64,000 nucleotides of DNA, from the NCBI GenBank assembly GCA_963674785.1, contig OY771555.1, positions 1,600,001 through 1,664,000 on the forward strand, in the 5' to 3' direction. The position numbers and the translations under genes were made by a program. Of this stretch, positions 57,801 through 64,000 are shown one piece after another; the first letter of the stretch is position 1; each line of letters opens with the position of its first letter. The notes below the pieces were generated by a model. That model did no database searches. It saw only the letters and a list, made by a program, of their open reading frames with translations, and was not told the origin of the DNA. This DNA comes from Caldisericia bacterium (lineage in GTDB: Bacteria; Caldisericota; Caldisericia; JAAYUI01).

Positions 57801-57961
57801 ATGATAATGTTGTAAATATTATCGATTTTGCTATACTTTCAGAGCATGTCGGTTCTTTCAAAGGTCAGCCATTGTACGAAAGTGCGATGGATTTTGATTT
57901 AGATGGAAGGATTGATTTTTACGATGTCTCTATTTTTGCAAAAAGAGTGACATCTGAGTAG
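54881..57961 (+). CDS. secreted S8 subtilase (Vpr-like, PA domain) with C-terminal cohesin-like and dockerin-like domains
   Basis: IDSG, HGTHVAG, SSGN, KPDVAAPG, GTSMACPHV; PA insert KGKIALIQRG; C-terminal DLNDDNVVNIIDF...DFDLDGRIDFYD; TTG start after GGAGG. Confidence 0.9.
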   Translation: MKKRVLVSIAIVIFALSAQFPVLLASDHVEYVDVLITLNGPCVSNLLPSNYTDSNSRLFDKNVFITSDMISDSVSSFVNSYDLYFDEVYQGYSILMRGFSCRIQKRNINKIQELVAVSSVLILPEYKLDLDTSVPVIKADQVWDMENDFGEHIDGTGTKIGIIDSGLDYTNPDLGGGAGPGRKVIEAYDYADNLDVARDGQNHGTHVAGICAADGKVKGVAPKANLVAFKVFSSEGRRTNVGANIIKALEQALLSKCDVVNLSLGSIATDPGTDADSIYNNAVDAGMVICASSGNNGARAPGKGFPIGYPSSIESVISVAASDDSLKMFGEVIEPDDVNIKFEIMPFVLSPEWIGGEFEIVDCGYGNSEDDFAGKNLKGKIALIQRGGVSNIESAYFKYKVINAGKAGASACIIYNNRFGGYNNVALTVPDEENNKDDRFLVPTSSMSNLQGEELLRLMEKGTCKILVSVGKQTDSMAYFSSSGPSSLIGFKPDVAAPGVNIYSTLRTEKEDTPSWGYKNGTSMACPHVSGAVALIKQAYPDASPIEVKSRLMGSATLLWNDMANEYLPLTMQGAGRIDIKKAIETESIFSPPGGAVIADYSGKAEFEFSIHNLSSKNQSVELSYYSIGRDTEAEFEFDRLSIKPRGIVNSTVKISCTNGIEGILEGVIFAEINGEKIHLPLMIQHQSSYLPPQLSYLRVTDNNHLDVSNDDSEVFLTFKLNYGSFITSIDSPGDFITSTFAAAKIGTINDEKKELGTILYEDYIPIGYYHIPWNGRDIAESLIAHNGKNRIQGQGIRTIEYNNGEAPTVIQQRPAAATIVNVEGSPLLETQNIGILLAPEKPGLNDDFEIRIYLSETVGVREFDFELNYPSEFIEIVDIHPDRIFGDSGRLNFEDNKTRNKLIVHVETDEDMVDWHKGTAISILAKMIKTSDNILPMGFLSASVLIDYDRVKLPLSHFLIRNIPKISCFDLNDDNVVNIIDFAILSEHVGSFKGQPLYESAMDFDLDGRIDFYDVSIFAKRVTSE

Positions 57962-58024
57962 CAAGATTGGAAATAGTGCAAACTTTGGTTATAATGGTTG
58001 GATACATAAGCTCAAGGAGTTGAG

Positions 58025-61000
58025 ATGCGAAGGAAACTGACTTTAGTCCTTGTATTGTTTTTGGTTTTTTCGGTTGCAACAGTTTCTGTTCAAGGAGTCA
58101 ATCCCGGTGAATCTGATGAGTTGGTACGAGTTGTTGTTACGTTCGACGAATTCAGATCGGTTGATTCCAATCAGGAAATCCCAGGTCTCGGTGATATCGT
58201 TCATTCGAATAGCCGTGCCGTTGTAGCACTTTATGAAGATGAGCTCGTCGCTAGATTTCCTGAGGTGGCTATCAGACATAAAGTTGACTTCCTGTTTCCC
58301 GGTATTTCTATGGATGCAAAAGAAGATATCGTATCATCTGTTTCCTCTTTACCTTTTGTTGCAGATATTTTTACAGTTTCTGACTATGTCCCAACCGGAA
58401 ATTTTGATCCTAACCAGATAATAAACGCTAGTGCTGTATACGATATGGTGGATTCTTCAAACGTTTCAGTTAATGGTTCTGGAATCCTTGTAGGTGTTAT
58501 TGATAGTGGAATTGACTACAATCATAAACATCTTGGAGATGGCATTTATGGTGAGGCCGGCAAGGTTGTTGGCGGAACAAACTATGTTGAAAGAGGCGAA
58601 GAACCTGTTGATGATTCACCGATTTGTCATGGAACAAGTGTTGCTGGTCTTATTGCTGCAAGCAGGGACTCTGTTTCAATCGCCTCGGGTGCTAAGCTTA
58701 TGTCTTACAGGGTTTACTCGAACAAAAATCCTAAAGTTTCTGAAGATACTATTGTTAAAGCGATTGACCAGGCGGTTAAAGATGGTTGTCAAGTTATCAA
58801 TGTTTCACTCTCCACTCCCGGTGGTGACTCTTCAAAACCATCTGCGGTTGGAAAAGCAGTGAATAAAGCTTTGAATTCTGGAGTCGTAGTTGTTGGTTCT
58901 GCTGGGGAATTTGGTACTTATTGCAACCACTCTGACAAGGGAACTGTTGGCGGTGCTGGGTTATCTACAGATGCCATTTCAGTCGGAGCAATGGACTCAA
59001 GACCAGGTTTTAAGATTTTGATTAACGATGAACTTTATGTAAATGCAATGGCCTCCACTCCATATTCAAAATTTAGCACAGGCAAAGGAATGCAACTTGT
59101 TGATGGGGGTTATGGTTCAGAAGATGAACTGAGCTCCGTTTCCATGCGCGGGAAGATTGTTTTGGTTGAGCGTGGTCCATCGATTGGAAGATCGATTCCT
59201 TTCTATAAGAAAATGCTTAACGCCAAACGTAAAGGTGCAGAGGGTGTGATTTGTTGGAACGATTCACCTGGTGAACTCGTTAGTATGCAAGTTGGATATG
59301 ACTATGAGCTTGGCAACGACGTAAGAGACAAAGACATGATTCCAACGTGTTTTGTGTCAAATAAAGACGGAGAATTGTTAAAAAGGTTAGTGCTTCAGGG
59401 TGAGGTTAACTTATCTATTGACGAAATGAATTTTGACACAATAACTCGAACAACCTCTATTGGACCTGCTGAAGACTTAACCTTTAAACCTGATGTTTGT
59501 GCACCTGGAATGGGTCTAACAGCTCCCCTTTCAGTTTCCGTTGGATCCGGTGATATACCTTATACCGTTGGTTTTAATGGAACATCTGCGAGTACCGGAA
59601 TTGTTTCGGGTGCAGCAGCTCTTCTAAAGCAATATCATCCTGAATGGACACCTTCACAAGTAAGGCTTGCCTTGATGAATACATCTGTTCCAGTAAGAAA
59701 CCTTTCAAACAATAGCTATGCTAGTTTTTTAATTCAGGGGGCCGGAAGAGTTAATGTTGATGCGGCTGCCAATATTTCTGCATTTATTTCACCTGGTGGT
59801 GTTATTGCCAAACCAAATGAAAAGATTACCCTTGATGTTGAGGGAATCGGTTCGGATACCACATTCAATGTGAGCATCGAAGTTCCCGAGACATTGTCAG
59901 AATATGTTGAATTTGATATTTCAGCAGAATCCGTAAAGGTTGAGTCTGGAAGTGCTGCAAGCCTTGATATAACTCCATATTTTAATCAGAGCAAAATGCC
60001 ATGCAATATCGAGTGTGTTGTTTGGTTTGAAGCAGGTAGCTCAAAACTTCATGTTCCCCTGATCTGTTGGAAAGAATTTAGTTCGGTTTCCAGATCGGGT
60101 TTTACTGGCTTACAGGTTGCTGGTGATAAGATCGATTATAATGCATCAGGCAACGAGATATCCGTTGATTATAACATCGCTCTTGGTGATCTCTATAGTT
60201 ATAAACCATTTGCCTATGGTGAGTATGGTAGCTCAACTGAGGAAACTGATACAAACCAAACGATTCTTTCAAGGTGTCAGATCGATTTGGTTGATGGCAA
60301 CAATGATTCTTGGATATCTATTTCTCAGTGCGAAAATGCCGAATATGGTAACTATCGAGTTTCCTGGGATGGCTTAGACCCTGTAACTGGTGATCAAATT
60401 CCAAATGGAGATTATAAGATCAAACTTACTAGAGTTGAATCTAGGGTTCAGGAATCTGGAAGTTTTGGTGGCTATATAGAATCAATTACCGCTGAACAAC
60501 CAATCAAGATTGTTGGAAGCAAAGTGCCATCTCCACCAAAGTTTGTGCTCTATTCCAGACCCGGTAATCCTTCGATTGAACAAAAATTTATCATCGATCT
60601 CTACCTTACCAATGCAAGAGATGTATCTAGTTTTAGTATGGATATTGTTTACCCGACAGATGAAATCGAAATTCTTGATGTAATCCCTGGTGATTTTATG
60701 GGTTTGGATGGTGTTGCGGTTGAGGATGATATGTTCAACGAAGAAGAAGAGGGAAAGATACGACTCTTCTCTAAACGAATGGGTGAAAGTGGTATAAGTG
60801 GACATGGTCTGATTGCAAGGTTTGTAGCCAGATGTGACGATGTCGTTTACCCAACGATTGGCTACTCATCTAAACGTCTTTTGGACTCAGACGGTAATTT
60901 GATTAGACATATGAGTTATCCGTTAGAACTTGAGATTACTGAAGATGAATTTGTTGAAGGCGACCTTAATTTTGATGGCGTTGTTGACGGATATGATGTG

Positions 61001-61135
61001 CTAATTTTTGCACGTTCTTTTGGTTTAACAACGAGACATCCTGATTATAACATTGTAGCGGATATTAACGACGACGGAAGGGTCGACCAGAAAGACTATA
61101 AAAAATTGATAGCCAACTTTGGCAAACATAACTAG
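58025..61135 (+). CDS. second secreted S8 subtilase with PA, FlgD-like Ig, cohesin-like and dockerin-like domains
   Basis: IDSG, HGTSVAG, KPDVCAPG, GTSAS; WDG.D......NGDY; GDLNFDGVVDGYD...ADINDDGRVDQKD. Confidence 0.88.
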   Translation: MRRKLTLVLVLFLVFSVATVSVQGVNPGESDELVRVVVTFDEFRSVDSNQEIPGLGDIVHSNSRAVVALYEDELVARFPEVAIRHKVDFLFPGISMDAKEDIVSSVSSLPFVADIFTVSDYVPTGNFDPNQIINASAVYDMVDSSNVSVNGSGILVGVIDSGIDYNHKHLGDGIYGEAGKVVGGTNYVERGEEPVDDSPICHGTSVAGLIAASRDSVSIASGAKLMSYRVYSNKNPKVSEDTIVKAIDQAVKDGCQVINVSLSTPGGDSSKPSAVGKAVNKALNSGVVVVGSAGEFGTYCNHSDKGTVGGAGLSTDAISVGAMDSRPGFKILINDELYVNAMASTPYSKFSTGKGMQLVDGGYGSEDELSSVSMRGKIVLVERGPSIGRSIPFYKKMLNAKRKGAEGVICWNDSPGELVSMQVGYDYELGNDVRDKDMIPTCFVSNKDGELLKRLVLQGEVNLSIDEMNFDTITRTTSIGPAEDLTFKPDVCAPGMGLTAPLSVSVGSGDIPYTVGFNGTSASTGIVSGAAALLKQYHPEWTPSQVRLALMNTSVPVRNLSNNSYASFLIQGAGRVNVDAAANISAFISPGGVIAKPNEKITLDVEGIGSDTTFNVSIEVPETLSEYVEFDISAESVKVESGSAASLDITPYFNQSKMPCNIECVVWFEAGSSKLHVPLICWKEFSSVSRSGFTGLQVAGDKIDYNASGNEISVDYNIALGDLYSYKPFAYGEYGSSTEETDTNQTILSRCQIDLVDGNNDSWISISQCENAEYGNYRVSWDGLDPVTGDQIPNGDYKIKLTRVESRVQESGSFGGYIESITAEQPIKIVGSKVPSPPKFVLYSRPGNPSIEQKFIIDLYLTNARDVSSFSMDIVYPTDEIEILDVIPGDFMGLDGVAVEDDMFNEEEEGKIRLFSKRMGESGISGHGLIARFVARCDDVVYPTIGYSSKRLLDSDGNLIRHMSYPLELEITEDEFVEGDLNFDGVVDGYDVLIFARSFGLTTRHPDYNIVADINDDGRVDQKDYKKLIANFGKHN

Positions 61136-61147
61136 GAGTGATTGAGA

Positions 61148-64000
61148 ATGAGAAGATTTTTGAATTTAACGTTGGTTTTTATGCTGATTTGCACGCTCTC
61201 TTTTGTAGGTGTGTATGCAAGCTCAGTTGATGAGAGTGATTTTAAAACTGAGATGGTTTTTGGAGTTATGGAAGATGATTATGTTGGTTCATTTATGCTC
61301 TTCCCGCCAAACACTGTTGAAAGAGATTACACTTCTGCATTCTATTTTCCAATGTGCGGAATGACCGTGACAATGGATGACAAGCTTTTGCTTGCCGATA
61401 CTCAGTATGGAAGAATCCATGTCTATGATTCTGATTTGGGTCATCAAGATTCGTTTGGATCTCTTGGTTATGGTGATGGAAAACTGAACTACCCAGTTGA
61501 TATTGCCGAAGATGACGAAGGAAATCTTTATATTGCAGATTTCTTCAATATGTATATCGCAAAGTTTTCTGCCTCTGGTGAATTTCTTGGAAGATTTGGC
61601 ACTGAGGGCGATGAAAATGGTCAGTTCATAGGACCGGGCGGAGTCGCTGTTGACTCTGATGGTTATATCTATGTTTCCGACTGCACAACAGGAAGAGTTC
61701 AGAAATTTGATAGCAGTTTCAATTTTGTAAAACTCTTTAACAGTGGAGATGGAGAAATTGCTCCACTTTCTTCCCCTGGCGCAATTAGAATTGGTTCGAA
61801 TGGAAACGTCTATGTTGCAGAGATGTCAAGCGGTCAGATTTATATCTTTAATAAAAACGGAGATTATATAAGACCTGCTCTTAAAAAAGGCGATGAGTCA
61901 ATTTCAAAATGCGGAGTTTTTGAGATCGATGGTTCAGGTAAGTTTTATATACATGACAGGGCACCAGCATCAAAGATTGTAAGAGTTTTCGATGCAAGTG
62001 GTAATTTTGAGAGTTCATTCCAGAATGTCTTTAGTTCAGATGTTATGTCAGACGGATTTGCTCTTGCAAATGATGGTACTATGTTCCTTCACTCATATGG
62101 TACACCAGTGCCAGGTGCAGATTTTAATCCTGAAAGTCCATTTATTTGCGGAAATTCTATGGAACTTGTTCATGTTAATGAATCTGGAAAAAAAATTGGA
62201 TCATCAGAAATATTTGATCCAAAAGAGTATGGACGAGCTGGTGACATGACCGATTGCGCAGTTTCACAGAGTGGTAAAGTCTATGGTTTATCGACCAGTA
62301 TTGTTGATTCGTCATTGATAACAGAGAGCAGAATCTTTGTGTGGGATCAAGATGGGGATTTACTTGATGTCCTTTCACCAGACGATTTTGAATTGAGCTC
62401 TGATTCAAGCTTAACTTCAATCGCCCTTGATTCTTTTGACAATGTTTTTGTTGGGGCGCTGGAAGAAAATATTGGCAAAATTCTAAAACTTGATATTGAA
62501 TCTGATAAGATTTCTGAGATTGGTGCAGATTTTGTAGGTTCACCTGAATCAATTGCGGTTGATAGAATGGACAACATATATGTTGCTGACTCGACAAGGT
62601 CTTCGGTTTTGGTTTTTACTAATGCTGGAAGATTTAGAAATGAGTTTAAATTCAACTTTAGCCCAAGATCTGTTGATGTTGACGAGTTTAGAAATGTCTG
62701 TGTTTCTGCGGAAAACCAGATTGTTGTAATTAATAGAAAAGGTAGAGAGATTGCCGTTTTTGGTGGACAAGGTAGAAGAGAAGGATCGGTCTATTACCCT
62801 GAGGGAATCGCGTTTACAGCTTCAGGCGACATTATTGTTTCCGATACTGAAAACTGCAGACTTCAGATTTTCTCAAAATCTGAAGGATCATCCTATGAGT
62901 TTAATTCTTCCTCAAAAAGAATGCTTGGTCTTTGTAAGGGTATTGCTTGGGGTAGTGACAATATGCTTTATGTGGCCGATGGATTCCATGGCGTTGTGCA
63001 TAAGGTATCAATTGATGGTCAGGCTGGACCTGCATCAGGTGAAGGTGAAGGCTCAGAGCCACCAGTGCCACCAGAGCCACCAGAAAATGAGACAATTCTT
63101 TCTGATGGAGAAATCATTTTCAATCCAGAGGATGTAAAGATTCAGTCTGGTTCAATTGCAGAAATTGACATCAAGATTGATTTTGCCTCAAACGTTTTTG
63201 GGTTGGGAATGACCGTTAAATATGATACTTCGTATCTTAAGCTTGAGGATTGTAAACCTGGTGATTTCCTTTCATCAGATGGAAATGAAAATCTCTTCCA
63301 TTTTACTGATTCACCTTTGGGAACAATCAATATCGCAGGTCCAACAAGAACAGGTGTTGCAGGTGGAATGAATGGAACCGGAACCCTCATTAAACTTAAA
63401 TTCTCTGGTGTTAACGAAGGAGATACTGTAATCGAGCTTGAGGATGTGATCGTTAAAGATCCACACCTTAACAATATCCAAGTTGTTACTAAACCATGTG
63501 ATGTCGAGGTTATGGCAATGGATGCTCAGCCTCCTGAGATTAGTGTCGAAGTTCCAGCTTGTTCATACTCAACTGACTATGTTTTAGAAGGAAAAACAGA
63601 GCGAGGCGCAAAACTTCAGATTGAGATTAATGGAAAAAAATCTGATATTTCGGTCAAACCAGATGGATCGTTCTCTTACAAGATGACTCTTGGGAATGGC
63701 GACAATAAATTCAAACTAATCGCAACAGATAGCGCTGGAAACAAGTTTGACGACGAATACACTATCAATCTCAGACCTAGAAATGTTATTATAATGTGGG
63801 TTGGAAAATCAGATTATATTTTTGGTAGCACACCAGACAAATTTGAAGTTCCTCCACAGATTATCGATGGTTCAACATATGTCCCACTTAGAGCCCTTGG
63901 TGACCTCTTAGGTTGTCAGACCGATTGGATTGGTGACGAAAGAAAAGTTATTTATACTTATGTTGATCCATGTACATCAAGTAAAACTGTCCTTGAAATC
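61148..64000 (+). CDS. secreted NHL-repeat protein with Pro-rich linker, cohesin-like, Ig and stalk domains (runs off window; not in ORF track)
   Basis: GGAG RBS, MRRFLNLTLVFMLICTLSF signal; YPVDIAEDDEGNLYIAD repeats; EPPVPPEPP linker; VKYDTSYLKL....PGDF..GTGTLIKLKF; GSTYVPLRALGDLLGCQTDW. Confidence 0.85.
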   Translation, partial: MRRFLNLTLVFMLICTLSFVGVYASSVDESDFKTEMVFGVMEDDYVGSFMLFPPNTVERDYTSAFYFPMCGMTVTMDDKLLLADTQYGRIHVYDSDLGHQDSFGSLGYGDGKLNYPVDIAEDDEGNLYIADFFNMYIAKFSASGEFLGRFGTEGDENGQFIGPGGVAVDSDGYIYVSDCTTGRVQKFDSSFNFVKLFNSGDGEIAPLSSPGAIRIGSNGNVYVAEMSSGQIYIFNKNGDYIRPALKKGDESISKCGVFEIDGSGKFYIHDRAPASKIVRVFDASGNFESSFQNVFSSDVMSDGFALANDGTMFLHSYGTPVPGADFNPESPFICGNSMELVHVNESGKKIGSSEIFDPKEYGRAGDMTDCAVSQSGKVYGLSTSIVDSSLITESRIFVWDQDGDLLDVLSPDDFELSSDSSLTSIALDSFDNVFVGALEENIGKILKLDIESDKISEIGADFVGSPESIAVDRMDNIYVADSTRSSVLVFTNAGRFRNEFKFNFSPRSVDVDEFRNVCVSAENQIVVINRKGREIAVFGGQGRREGSVYYPEGIAFTASGDIIVSDTENCRLQIFSKSEGSSYEFNSSSKRMLGLCKGIAWGSDNMLYVADGFHGVVHKVSIDGQAGPASGEGEGSEPPVPPEPPENETILSDGEIIFNPEDVKIQSGSIAEIDIKIDFASNVFGLGMTVKYDTSYLKLEDCKPGDFLSSDGNENLFHFTDSPLGTINIAGPTRTGVAGGMNGTGTLIKLKFSGVNEGDTVIELEDVIVKDPHLNNIQVVTKPCDVEVMAMDAQPPEISVEVPACSYSTDYVLEGKTERGAKLQIEINGKKSDISVKPDGSFSYKMTLGNGDNKFKLIATDSAGNKFDDEYTINLRPRNVIIMWVGKSDYIFGSTPDKFEVPPQIIDGSTYVPLRALGDLLGCQTDWIGDERKVIYTYVDPCTSSKTVLEI

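Noticed and set aside
54851-61135. Both S8 ORFs listed as exactly 1036 aa, suggesting recent duplication
   Set aside because: Coincidence: the first probably starts at 54881 and the sequences are highly diverged
1-64000. CRISPR array, rRNA, IS or prophage
   Set aside because: No regularly spaced repeats, rRNA-like segments, transposase or phage genes recognised; nearly all sequence is accounted for by the listed genes

Overview
Chromosomal window from an AT-rich anaerobic bacterium. The many secreted proteins ending in a copper-amine-oxidase N-terminal-like ('stalk') domain, plus SLH domains, would fit Caldisericota or a Bacillota-like lineage (inference only). Housekeeping blocks are korABC-glnA, mnmA, rpsO-pnp-M16-udg-rnj-nudix-queT-split nadE, metG-tatD, dnaX-ybaB-recR-glmS-tkt, comEA-comEC, rpmF-plsX-rnc, rpsT, asnS-holA, and secG followed by three tRNAs. 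These alternate with large modular surface-protein genes. Main leads: (1) a putative cohesin-dockerin surface protease assembly, with two S8 peptidases each ending in cohesin+dockerin followed by an NHL/cohesin/stalk-domain scaffold, and a second cohesin scaffold upstream of comEA-comEC; (2) an SLH protein made of two 5'-nucleotidase modules that have both lost their metal/catalytic motifs; (3) a tRNA-Leu with the rare AAG anticodon in a CTT-rich genome; (4) a SRAP protein with Pro in place of catalytic Cys2; (5) a -1 break in dnaX; (6) a small HEPN-like plus toxin-antitoxin islet whose promoter carries four TGTACA boxes at 11-bp period. No CRISPR array, rRNA, integrase or transposase was seen. 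Domain calls are by-eye motif recognition, not database searches.
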